From positions 1,127,445-1,191,444 of the forward strand of contig CAXWPK010000006.1 in assembly GCA_963667885.2 (NCBI GenBank): DNA of 64,000 nt, read 5' to 3'. Below are positions 25,800-34,725 of the stretch, piece by piece. The DNA comes from Bryobacterales bacterium (GTDB lineage: Bacteria; Acidobacteriota; Terriglobia; Bryobacterales; UBA6623). Each line of letters starts with the position of its first letter. Position 1 is the first letter of the stretch. The notes below the pieces were generated by a model. It was given only the letters and a program-made list of their open reading frames with translations. It searched no databases and was not told the DNA's origin. A program made the translations under genes and the position numbers.

Positions 25800-28565
25800 T
25801 CAGAAACGGGCGCTCGCTGCGAGGGCTGTCTCTCGTAGGAGAGGATCGGCGTGTCGCGTGAGCTCGGTGATCTTCGCGTGGCAGGCCGTTTGTCTTGATT
25901 CCGCGGCGGCGTGGCAGGCACACACTTGAAGCCAAACGTCTGATGTGTCTAGCAGTCGTCGCAAGACGCTAGAGTAAGGCACTGGGTCAAGTTGGAACAA
26001 CCGTTTGCCTGCTTCAAGGATCCCCCGGTTGGTCTGCTCTTCGACGGCGGGCAGCAGCACGGCACGAATATCGCTGCCGATAAGGCGGCTGTCAAGGAAC
26101 TCAAGGGCATTGGCTCGTAGGTCGCGCCGTCCGCTTTGGATTCGGTGGTGAGCATCTCGCATCTCACGCTGGGGGTATATCAGGCCGAGTAGGACAAAGG
26201 CTTCATTGAGCCAGCGATCTTGTCTCTCTCGAAGTGCCAGGGCTAGGAACTTGGCCGCAGGTGCGTGCGCCTCGTCTCGCATGCCTGCCGAGAGAGTGAC
26301 TGTCTCATAGAAACGTCTTAATACGGACTGCAACAGAAGATTGACGACCTCGTTGTTGAAATCGTGATCTGGAGTCTTGTCTCGTATCCGACCGAGGGCT
26401 CGGAGCACGTCAGGTCGGGCGATTTCACGGCTTCTCCTGAGATGAGCGAGGAGCGATTGCGTTGCTAGTCGTCCACCGATGCTGCCGAGGACTCGAGCAG
26501 ACTGGCGTTGGAGACGGGGTGCCGCGCTATCGTCTCGGAGGGCTGCGCTCAATGCAGCAATCGCTTGTTCGCCGTAAGCGGTGACCGCTTGACGAGTATC
26601 AGTGCCGTAGCGTCGTTCTGAGAGAAGGAGGATCAGCTTCGGCAGGTCCTCTGTCTGCCGTAGCGCCCCGGTACTGCGAATAGCTGCACGAACGACCTCT
26701 GGTTCGGGAGAGTCCAGCAGAGCGGACAGGATGTCGGAGCGATGCTGTTTGATCGGTGCCAATCCTAGTAGTTGCGCGGCCTGGACTTGTTCCGCAGGGC
26801 CACCCTCGCTGAAAGCGACGACGACGTTTTGGAATAAAGAATCAGCCTGGGACGGGTAGTCGGACCTTTTCATCAGACGAGCCGCAGCCATGGCCGCTAG
26901 CGGTTGGTCCGGCTGCTGAAGGAGCGATTCCTCCGTTTCGCGAGCGATGACGGAGCCTTGCAGGTCGAGGTAATCGAAGGCTCGCTGGCGGGAGTCGAAA
27001 TCAGTCTCTAGACGTAGGAACGCCGCGACTTCGCGCTCGCAGCCCTCTGCTTGGAGCGATGCGATCGTGGTCATGGCCTTGCGCCGCACGGCTTCTGACT
27101 CATGTACGAGGAGAGAAGCAAGTTGGCTTTGTGCCGCTTTGGCATTGCTGAATTGGGCTAGGCCGACAGCGACTTCGACATCCTGAGCGTCGGAGCTGGC
27201 CAGGCCGGTTTCCAGCTCGTTGGAGGGGCCTGAGGCCGCTAGGCGCTGAAGAAGTTGCTCGGCGCTGATGTCGCGTCGCTCGATGGTCGTGCGCAGGGTT
27301 TGGATGTACTCGCCGCGCAGGGTCCAGAGAACCAGGAGCCAAGCCAACAGGAAGATGAGGCTGGCCCAGCTGATGTGCTGGATGGTAGCGTCGCCAAGGT
27401 AGAGCAGGGCGATGAGGATGAGACTGGCCAAACCGTCCGCGCCTCGGCTGACGACGATGTCCATGAAGCTCTTGACGCGATTGCGCAGGTCGCTGGCGAC
27501 CGGCACCCACAGCAGCTCAGAGGAGGCGCGGTCGATGGAGTGCCGGAAGCCCTGATCGGCACCGCGAGCCCAGATGGCAGCAAAGATCGACGCCGAGAAC
27601 AAGAGACCCACCACGCCCGAGAGCATCGCCAACGGAAGGACAAAGAGTGCAAAGCTAGGGCCGATCCAACGCAGGATGCGACTCGACAGAGTGGCGTGGA
27701 ACAGGAAGGAGATGACCGAGACGTAGCCGTAGAAATAGCCACCAAACGAAGCCAGGCCATCGCGATCCGCTTCGAAGTAGGCCTGGGCCACCGCCTTGAA
27801 TTGGTACTTGACGAGTGTTCCGACGACGGTCGAAGCGATGACCGCTAGCGCGATGAGCAGAAGATAGCGATTGATGCTGACGAGGCGGGCGCTATCGAGG
27901 ATCGGAGCTTTGGCCTTTTCAGGGCTTGGACTGGTGAGGTCCTGTCGTTTGCCCTTTGTGATTGCTCGAGCGATCCAGCTCCCGCCGAATAGAAGGCCAG
28001 CGGCGACTGGCAGAACGCTGGCCGCGCCAATTCTCGGCCCGAAAAAGCCGGTGAAGCTGCCTCCGACGGCAGCACCGAGAATACCGCCAGCCCCAATCAC
28101 AGTGAACAACCGCTTTGCCTGGCGAGTGGTGAAGGTGGCGGCAGAGAGCGACCAGACCTGACTGGGGATCAAGATGGCGAAGACGCCGACCCAAAGGTAG
28201 AGCAGAATTGGTGCCCAGGTGAAGTTCGCCCATAGCAGCAGCCACAGCACGAGGATGCTGGCTGCGAGGACGGTCTGTGTCTTGGAGACGAGTGAGCCGA
28301 GAGCGAGGCGACCGCTCCAACTCAAGTAGTAGTTGATGAGCACGCCGACCAAGAGGGTGACGACTAGGTCGACGTAGGGGAGTAGTCTCGCGTCGAATTC
28401 GCTAAGGAAGACGGCGTCGCTCACTGCCTTGAGGCAGATGACGGCAGCCATGCCCATCAGCAGGAACAAAGCCAGTAGGAGGGTTGGCCGCACCTCTCGC
28501 CGCTCTACGCGAAGTGCGCGTAGCAAGCGGGACGAAAGTGGGAGAACGGCGGAATCGGCCGACAT
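25800..28565 (-). CDS. fusion protein: N-terminal ATP/ADP-translocase-like (TLC/Npt family) membrane domain plus C-terminal HEAT-repeat domain
   Basis: 921 aa. The first approximately 430 aa carry about 11-12 hydrophobic helices, and the N-terminus resembles TLC-family starts (..RALRVERREVRPTLLLALFLLMGMAAVICLKAVSDAVFL..). The remainder is about 480 aa of Leu/Ala/Arg-rich helical repeats (..SPEPEVVRAAIRSTGALRQTEDLPKLILLL..). The family call is from memory of the architecture, not from a search. Confidence 0.6.
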   Translation of the reverse strand: MSADSAVLPLSSRLLRALRVERREVRPTLLLALFLLMGMAAVICLKAVSDAVFLSEFDARLLPYVDLVVTLLVGVLINYYLSWSGRLALGSLVSKTQTVLAASILVLWLLLWANFTWAPILLYLWVGVFAILIPSQVWSLSAATFTTRQAKRLFTVIGAGGILGAAVGGSFTGFFGPRIGAASVLPVAAGLLFGGSWIARAITKGKRQDLTSPSPEKAKAPILDSARLVSINRYLLLIALAVIASTVVGTLVKYQFKAVAQAYFEADRDGLASFGGYFYGYVSVISFLFHATLSSRILRWIGPSFALFVLPLAMLSGVVGLLFSASIFAAIWARGADQGFRHSIDRASSELLWVPVASDLRNRVKSFMDIVVSRGADGLASLILIALLYLGDATIQHISWASLIFLLAWLLVLWTLRGEYIQTLRTTIERRDISAEQLLQRLAASGPSNELETGLASSDAQDVEVAVGLAQFSNAKAAQSQLASLLVHESEAVRRKAMTTIASLQAEGCEREVAAFLRLETDFDSRQRAFDYLDLQGSVIARETEESLLQQPDQPLAAMAAARLMKRSDYPSQADSLFQNVVVAFSEGGPAEQVQAAQLLGLAPIKQHRSDILSALLDSPEPEVVRAAIRSTGALRQTEDLPKLILLLSERRYGTDTRQAVTAYGEQAIAALSAALRDDSAAPRLQRQSARVLGSIGGRLATQSLLAHLRRSREIARPDVLRALGRIRDKTPDHDFNNEVVNLLLQSVLRRFYETVTLSAGMRDEAHAPAAKFLALALRERQDRWLNEAFVLLGLIYPQREMRDAHHRIQSGRRDLRANALEFLDSRLIGSDIRAVLLPAVEEQTNRGILEAGKRLFQLDPVPYSSVLRRLLDTSDVWLQVCACHAAAESRQTACHAKITELTRHADPLLRETALAASARF

Positions 28566-28621
28566 AACAGCCCGGCTAAAGGGCCTCCCGATTATACGAG
28601 GCCCGTCGCGGGGCGTTTTGG

Positions 28622-29122
28622 TTAGACGTTCCGCGCGGCCATGTCACCGATGATGGGCAGTCGGAACTCTTCGCCGTTGAAGGCCTTGATGACCGCGATT
28701 AGCCATGCAGCGACCATGGCGAGAAAAACTAGCGGAGTGGTCAGAAACGTCACGAACCCGAGGACGGGAACGAATCCGATCACGATATTAGCCGTGTTCA
28801 ACACGATGATGGCCCCAGCCAGTAGTAGGCACTGCAGGCTGTGGAAACGGACGAATCGATTCTTGTTATAGGGCTCGATTAGCAGGAAGACAATGGCCGG
28901 GACGATAGTGAGATAGGCCACCGCGCCGAGCACGTTATCGTTGGCTGCTGGAGTCGCTGCGGCCGGAGCGGCTTGAGGTGCACTCGAGCCCGCCTCTGGA
29001 GCGGCTGGGGCCTCCTCGGCAGGGCCAGCGGAAGTGGCCGGAGCCTCTGCGACGGGTTGACCGCATTTGGAACAGAATTTGACGCCAGAAACTTCGGTGC
29101 CGCAAGAACTGCAGAATGGCAT
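28622..29122 (-). CDS. zinc-ribbon plus DUF4870-like small membrane protein
   Basis: Begins MPFCSSCGTEVSGVKFCSKCGQPV (double CxxC), followed by a Pro/Ala linker and 3 TM helices. The ATG at 29122 is preferred over the track start at 29242. Confidence 0.6.
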   Translation of the reverse strand: MPFCSSCGTEVSGVKFCSKCGQPVAEAPATSAGPAEEAPAAPEAGSSAPQAAPAAATPAANDNVLGAVAYLTIVPAIVFLLIEPYNKNRFVRFHSLQCLLLAGAIIVLNTANIVIGFVPVLGFVTFLTTPLVFLAMVAAWLIAVIKAFNGEEFRLPIIGDMAARNV

Positions 29123-29279
29123 GATTATGACGCGCCCCTTTCGCGCGCCCCAAGTATACATGCGGGGAATTGGGGTTTTACACAGGCAGGTGTGACGGAT
29201 TGGCACAATGGCGTGTCGAGAAGGCGCGGTTGAGGGTGCCAAAGACCGCTAAATACCTGTGTTAGCATCACTTTAGGGC

Positions 29280-29295
29280 TGGCACGCAAGTTGCT
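29280..29295 (+). promoter_or_regulatory. candidate sigma-54 (-24/-12) promoter
   Basis: cTGGCACGcaagTTGCT matches the consensus YTGGCACG-N4-TTGCW at every fixed position. It is in the correct orientation 19 nt upstream of the ATG at 29314. The implied leader is very short, which is a caveat. Confidence 0.5.
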
Positions 29296-29313
29296 AACAA
29301 GCCCTCTGGAAGC

Positions 29314-29844
29314 ATGCGTTTCGTTCGCTACATACTGGTTTTGGCTGCTTGCACCTTGTTGAGCGCGGCGACGCTTGAGCGCCTGACCGTCGAAGAGATG
29401 GCTCAGCAGTCGACGTCGGTTGTTCGTGGGCAGGTCGGCGAGGCTCGATCGGCCCGTTTTGGTGCTTTGGTCTACACGCTGCACAGATTCGAAGTGCAGG
29501 AGCAGTGGACAGGCTCCCTTATAGCTGGACTGGAAGTCGCTATTCCTGGTGGAACTTACGAAGGTCTGACGTATCGATTTGGCGGCACCCCTGAGCTGAA
29601 ACCAGGAGACGAGTACGTTCTGTTCCTTTGGACCGGGCCGAGCGGTAGAACCCAGATCGTTGGCCTGAGCCAGGGCGTCTTCCAGGTCGTACGGCAAGCC
29701 GAAGGCACCGCGGTGATCAGGAATCCGGTTGGCGACACGGTGTTCGCTGGCGATAGCGATGAAAAAGCCGAGCGAACCGTGCGAATGCCGCTGGAGCGAC
29801 TGGCCGCGAGAGTTCACGCGGCGGTAGCGGAGATCGACGACTGA
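29314..29844 (+). CDS. secreted hypothetical protein, translationally coupled to the downstream metalloprotease
   Basis: Has a signal peptide MRFVRYILVLAACTLLSAA. The 176-aa product is predicted beta-rich. Its stop overlaps the next ATG (TGATG). Confidence 0.55.
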   Translation: MRFVRYILVLAACTLLSAATLERLTVEEMAQQSTSVVRGQVGEARSARFGALVYTLHRFEVQEQWTGSLIAGLEVAIPGGTYEGLTYRFGGTPELKPGDEYVLFLWTGPSGRTQIVGLSQGVFQVVRQAEGTAVIRNPVGDTVFAGDSDEKAERTVRMPLERLAARVHAAVAEIDD

Positions 29845-32390
29845 TGAGGCGGTCTCGCATCATCTTTCTCGCCGCTGCGGCGGCGATGCTCAGCATCGCG
29901 ACATCGGCGTCCGGCTACTACCACTTTCTACATTTTCAGCAGACGGAAGATGGCTTGCGGGCGATACCGGAGCGGTTCGACCGGGACGCGCTGGTCGATG
30001 ACACGGTTTACTTTTACGTGTCGGCGGAGCAGCGACCTCGGATGCAAGAGAACGATAGTTTCAACGGGCTGGTCAGCCAGGTTAGGCAGGCGCTAGCTAC
30101 GTGGGATGCCGTGCCGACCTCGCACCTACGAGTGGGGTTTGGTGGAGTGGTTGATGGGCCGCTGCAGGGCTTGGCACCGGCAGCGGAGATCGTTTTCGCT
30201 GAACTGCCGCCTGGTGTCTTGGGCATGGGTGGCCCGACCCTGAGAGGAGAGCCGGGAGAGGAGTTTGTTCCGATCCAGCGGTCGCAGGTGATCGTTCCCG
30301 ACAATTTGGCGGTTCAGGGTGGGACGACTTTTTCTGAAGGTTTTTACAACACGCTGGTCCATGAGATTGGTCATGCGCTCGGGTTGCAGCATTCGCTCGC
30401 AGGTTCGGCGATGAGCATGGAAGCGACGCGCTCGACTACACGGGCCCGCCCTCTGGGCCCAGACGACGTGGCGGGGCTCTCGGCACTCTATCCGACGGAT
30501 GAGTTTCAGGCCCTCACCGGCGCGATCGAGGGAACAGTTCTCTATGGCGATGGGACGCCGGTAGTGATGGCCTCGGTCGCAGCGGTGAATCTTGGAGGCC
30601 GCGTGGTGACCGCCCTGACGGCTCCAGACGGGGTTTACCGCATTGAGGGTCTGTTGCCAGGGGACTATACGCTCTATGCGCAGCCAGTGCCTCGGACGAC
30701 GAGCGCGGGTCTGGGGCACGGGAACAATCGTTTGCCGGTTGATGAAGAAGGCAGCGAGATCCCGGCGTCGGGTGCGTTCCGCACGGTGTTCTTGGGGGAT
30801 GCGGATCGGCCCGAGGCCGCGCGTTTCGTCCCGGTCGTGGCGGCGTCGGTTGTGGCCGACGCCGATTTTCGGGTCGAGCGCCGAGAGAACCCTGCGTTGC
30901 TTTCGGTGACGACCTATAGTTTTCCTGGTTATGGCGCGCCGGGCGTTCATCCGGCGTTTCTCAACATTTCGGATTCGGCGGGCTTGCTCGTCGCTACCGG
31001 GCCGGACTTGGTGCCGAAAGTTGGTGAGATGCAGTTGACTGCGTTATTCCGTGACGTCACGATCCGGACTCCACACCTCTACGAACCTGCTCCGAGCTTT
31101 GTCCAGTTGGACGTGGAGCCAGCGCCCTTCGCTGGACTGGGACCACTGCACTTGATGTTCCGTCTGCCGGACGACATCCACATCTTACCGGGTGCGGCAC
31201 GGCTTACCGACCGGGCGACGCCGATCATCTACTGGTTGACACCGGACTTTAGCGTGGGAACCTCTGCATGGCGGGTCGCTGGGCAGCAGTTTGGACCGAG
31301 TTCACAGGTCTACTTCGATGGACTTCCCGGTCGTGTGCTCGCGTTTGACTCCATCACGGGCGAACTGGTCGTCGAGCCACCGGTCGGCCCGGCAGGACAT
31401 CAGGCAGTGGTTACTGTTTACAACCCCGACGGTCAGAGCTCTGCGTTTGTATTGCCGGACGGTAACGTGATATTTACTTACCCGGAGGGTCCGGCCGCGA
31501 GTGTCTTTTCAGACAGTGAGGCGTCACCGAATACGGACCAGGTGGTTGGGATCTCGGGACTATTTACTCAATTCGTTGCTGGCGAGGCTGTTGTCGGCTT
31601 CGGGTCGAGCGACATCGTGACTCGAAAGGTCCGGGTGCTGGATGAATTCAACCTGCGAGCGGTGGTTAGCGTTGGTGCGGACGCCGTGCCGGGTCGTTAT
31701 GACATCAGTGTCTCGAATGGTCTTGAGACGATTGTTTTGAGCGAGGCTTTTCAGGTCCGAAGTGGCGGAGACGACGAACGCAAGCCTGCCCTGACCTACG
31801 GCGGCCTGATCAACGCGGCGACGAATACGCACGGCGTTGCGCCTGGTATATTGGCGTCTCTGTACGGCCTACGGCTGGCTCTCCCGGGATTGGAATCTGA
31901 GGTGCGTGTGACGATAGCTGGGTTACAAGCACGGTTGGCGAGCGTCTCGGAGCATCAGATCAACCTGCAGATCCCCGACGATGTCGAACCTGGGCTGGTG
32001 GAGTTACGGGTGTTCAACGGCGAGGTGGAGAGCGAAATCATGCTCGTGCTGATTGACCATGCTGCGCCAGGTTTGTTTGGAGCCCTGGGCTCGACCGGAG
32101 AAGTAGCAGGCCCGGCGACTCCCTTGCAGGCGGGTGCCGAGTTTACCCTAATCGCGACCGGATTTGGAGTGGCGGCTGGCGACCCGCTGGACGAGGACGT
32201 GCTGGTCAACGGTTTTCGCCTGAAGCCCACTATGGTGACCTCGCCAGCCCCGGGCGTTCAAGAAGTGCGGCTGACGCTACCGGAGGCGTTTGGTGCGGCG
32301 GCAAGTGTCCGGCTGGAATTGCTTGTTGCTGGGCGATTGAGCAATGCGCTCGATGTTCCCGTTACCCCGGGTCCGACTCCGCTGCAGTAG
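29844..32390 (+). CDS. secreted metzincin (matrixin-like) zinc protease with a carboxypeptidase-regulatory-like domain, TIG-like domains and a Solibacter-type C-terminal domain
   Basis: Has a signal peptide and HEIGHALGLQHS (HExxHxxGxxH) followed by an AMSM Met-turn candidate. Contains GTVLYGDGTPV..DGVYRIEGLLPGDYTLYA. The C-terminal region (..YGGLINAATNTHGVAPGILASLYG..HQINLQIPDDVEPG..) resembles the TIGR03437-type domain common in Solibacter. Confidence 0.75.
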   Translation: MRRSRIIFLAAAAAMLSIATSASGYYHFLHFQQTEDGLRAIPERFDRDALVDDTVYFYVSAEQRPRMQENDSFNGLVSQVRQALATWDAVPTSHLRVGFGGVVDGPLQGLAPAAEIVFAELPPGVLGMGGPTLRGEPGEEFVPIQRSQVIVPDNLAVQGGTTFSEGFYNTLVHEIGHALGLQHSLAGSAMSMEATRSTTRARPLGPDDVAGLSALYPTDEFQALTGAIEGTVLYGDGTPVVMASVAAVNLGGRVVTALTAPDGVYRIEGLLPGDYTLYAQPVPRTTSAGLGHGNNRLPVDEEGSEIPASGAFRTVFLGDADRPEAARFVPVVAASVVADADFRVERRENPALLSVTTYSFPGYGAPGVHPAFLNISDSAGLLVATGPDLVPKVGEMQLTALFRDVTIRTPHLYEPAPSFVQLDVEPAPFAGLGPLHLMFRLPDDIHILPGAARLTDRATPIIYWLTPDFSVGTSAWRVAGQQFGPSSQVYFDGLPGRVLAFDSITGELVVEPPVGPAGHQAVVTVYNPDGQSSAFVLPDGNVIFTYPEGPAASVFSDSEASPNTDQVVGISGLFTQFVAGEAVVGFGSSDIVTRKVRVLDEFNLRAVVSVGADAVPGRYDISVSNGLETIVLSEAFQVRSGGDDERKPALTYGGLINAATNTHGVAPGILASLYGLRLALPGLESEVRVTIAGLQARLASVSEHQINLQIPDDVEPGLVELRVFNGEVESEIMLVLIDHAAPGLFGALGSTGEVAGPATPLQAGAEFTLIATGFGVAAGDPLDEDVLVNGFRLKPTMVTSPAPGVQEVRLTLPEAFGAAASVRLELLVAGRLSNALDVPVTPGPTPLQ

Positions 32391-32413
32391 CTATAATTTG
32401 GGTGGTCATTTGA

Positions 32414-33889
32414 TTGCGGATGCCTGTCCTGTTGGTGCTGTTGGTGCTGGCGCTGCCGTTTGGGGCGCCTGCTGCTGAGCTAGAACTCGAAAATTCAGTA
32501 CGGGCCCTAGCCCAGACTCTTTCCGCTCTCGAACAGAACCTAGCCGACCCGGTGGATACTGCTGGCGCCATCTACGAAGGTGCGCTCCCAGCGATGGTGC
32601 GGACGCTTGATCCCCACTCGTCCTTTCTTGACCCCCAACAATTTGAGTCGCTGAAACAGATGCAGCGCTCTGCCGAGACAGGTTTTGGCAGTGTGGTGTC
32701 AGTGACTCCGGGCCGGGTTATGGTGCTGCAGACGCTAGAAGGCAGTCCATCGGCGCGGGCTGGATTATCTCCCGGCGATGAGTTTGCCGTGGTCAACGGC
32801 TATCCGTTGGCCCACCTCAATCTGGATCAACTGGTGGCGTTACTGGTGCAGACACGGAGACAGAAGGCCGAGTTGATGGTGAAACGCCCCAACTTCCCGC
32901 GCCTGATTCCGGTGACGTTGACGCCGGAGGAGATGGCGGACCCGAGCGTGCGGCACCGGTTCTTGCTCCAGGATAAGGTTGGCTACGTCAAGATCGCGAA
33001 CTTCGAAGTGGCAACGGATCAGGAACTGAGAGAGGCGATTGACGAACTCGGCGGTGTCGATCTCGGGGGACTGGTTTTGGACATGCGCGAGAACACGGGC
33101 GGTTCCGTGGAATCAGCCGTTAGGCTTGCTGCGATGTTCTTGGAGGCGACAGATCGTGTGCTGTGGATACAAGGGAAGGAAGGACCGCAGGACGAGGTGC
33201 GGGTACCGGAGGGCAATGAGCCCTATCGCTTTCCCATGGCGATTCTCGTGGACGATCGTACGGCGAGCGCAGCCGAGTTGGTCACGGGTGCTCTGCAAGA
33301 TCACGACCGAGCAGTGGTAGTCGGGCAACCGACGTTCGGGAAGGGGTTGGTTCAAAGCGTCTTCGAGTTGTCGGAGGGTGCGGGCTTGGCGCTGACGACG
33401 GCGCACTATTTGTCGCCGAGCGGACGCCCGATTCAGAAGCCGTTTGACGACTGTACTCCGTATGAACTGACGGAGTGCGGCGATACCGAAGAGGACGCTC
33501 GGACGTATCAGACGGATTCCGGTCGGGAGTTGAAGGGTGGTGGCGGGATCCGACCCGATCGGATAGTGTCGGAGAGGCTATATCCCCCCTTCCAGGCTGC
33601 GCTGAAGTCGTCGAGCATCTTGCTCGACTTCGCGCAGCAGTACGTTCGCGGCAAGGAAATTACGGACGACTTCGAGGTGACTTCGGCGGTGCTTGATGAG
33701 TTCCAGTTCTACCTATCTGACAACGGCGGTCGACCCAGCTTGGCCGTTTGGACGGCGAATGTCGAGTTCATTCGCTATAGCCTGAAGCAAGAGATCTTCA
33801 CCCTAACGCTGGGCGTCAACAAGGGCGACGAGATCGTGTTGCTCCACGACCCCCAGGTGCTCGCCGCCTTGGCCGCAATAGCACCCTAA
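32414..33889 (+). CDS. S41 family carboxy-terminal processing protease (PDZ domain)
   Basis: Has a signal peptide, a PDZ domain (GSPSARAGLSPGDEFAVVNG), DDRTASAAELVTGALQD (catalytic Ser region) and FGKGLVQS (Lys). Confidence 0.85.
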   Translation: MRMPVLLVLLVLALPFGAPAAELELENSVRALAQTLSALEQNLADPVDTAGAIYEGALPAMVRTLDPHSSFLDPQQFESLKQMQRSAETGFGSVVSVTPGRVMVLQTLEGSPSARAGLSPGDEFAVVNGYPLAHLNLDQLVALLVQTRRQKAELMVKRPNFPRLIPVTLTPEEMADPSVRHRFLLQDKVGYVKIANFEVATDQELREAIDELGGVDLGGLVLDMRENTGGSVESAVRLAAMFLEATDRVLWIQGKEGPQDEVRVPEGNEPYRFPMAILVDDRTASAAELVTGALQDHDRAVVVGQPTFGKGLVQSVFELSEGAGLALTTAHYLSPSGRPIQKPFDDCTPYELTECGDTEEDARTYQTDSGRELKGGGGIRPDRIVSERLYPPFQAALKSSSILLDFAQQYVRGKEITDDFEVTSAVLDEFQFYLSDNGGRPSLAVWTANVEFIRYSLKQEIFTLTLGVNKGDEIVLLHDPQVLAALAAIAP

Positions 33890-34680
33890 CCGGCGAGAAG
33901 GTCGCCGGTCGCGACCGTCACCGCCTGGCCCTCCAGCGCCACCCTGGATTCAGCGACTTCGAGTCGTAGCACTCCACCTCGTGGTGATGCTTGATAGGCG
34001 AGCAGATTTTTATTGCCAAGTTTCTCGGCCCAGAATGGTGCGAGGCAACAGTGGGCGGAACCGGTGACGGGGTCTTCGTTGATTCCTGACTGGGGGGCAA
34101 AGAAGCGTGAGACGAAGTCGTAGCGTTCGGTTGATGCCCGGGCGGTGACAATAATGCCGCGGACCGGAATCTTCGACAACGCCAGCAGGTCGGGCTCGAT
34201 CGACCGCAGCTGATCTTCAGACTCGACTTCGACGAGCAGATCGAAGGGGCTCTTACCTGTCCAGACGACGGGCGTGCCGAGCGCATCGGCAATTCCGTTC
34301 AGCTCGGCGATCGCCTCAGCCGGAGTTGCAGGGAAGTCGAGTCGTATCCAGTCGGCACGACGTTCTGCGACGAGTAGGCCGCTGCGGGTGTGGAACCGCG
34401 CTGGCTGATCAGGCTGGAGGCGGCCACTCTCCCACAACCAATGGGCGCTTGCGAGGGTCGGGTGCCCGGCCAGGTCGATCTCCAGCGCGGGGGTGAACCA
34501 GCGCAGATGGTAGCCGTCTTCCGCCTCGACGAGGAACGCCGTCTCGGGCTGGTTCATTTCTAATGCGACGGCCTGCATCCACTCCGTGTCGCGGGCAGTG
34601 GGGAGCAGAAACACGACAGCCGGGTTACCGCTAAATCGCTTCGCGGTGAAGGCGTCGATGAGGGAGTAGCTCAAGCCCAT
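33886..34680 (-). CDS. PhzF family isomerase-like protein
   Basis: Contains LIDAFTAKRFSGNPAVVF and, in the second half, DPVTGSAHCCLAPFW. Length 264 aa. Confidence 0.8.
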   Translation of the reverse strand: MGLSYSLIDAFTAKRFSGNPAVVFLLPTARDTEWMQAVALEMNQPETAFLVEAEDGYHLRWFTPALEIDLAGHPTLASAHWLWESGRLQPDQPARFHTRSGLLVAERRADWIRLDFPATPAEAIAELNGIADALGTPVVWTGKSPFDLLVEVESEDQLRSIEPDLLALSKIPVRGIIVTARASTERYDFVSRFFAPQSGINEDPVTGSAHCCLAPFWAEKLGNKNLLAYQASPRGGVLRLEVAESRVALEGQAVTVATGDLLAG

Positions 34681-34725
34681 GAGCTCAGGCTACCAAGGCT
34701 CTCGGGCGGGGAAGCGGATCGGCTG

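Noticed and set aside
28581-28604. The hairpin GGGCCTC-10 nt-GAGGCCC between the Zn-ribbon gene and the TLC-HEAT gene was considered as a definite terminator separating the two.
   Set aside because: The stem is only 7 bp and is followed by a weak TTT. The loop also reads TATAAT on the coding strand, so it could equally be promoter sequence. I left this unresolved and mention it only under the operon finding.
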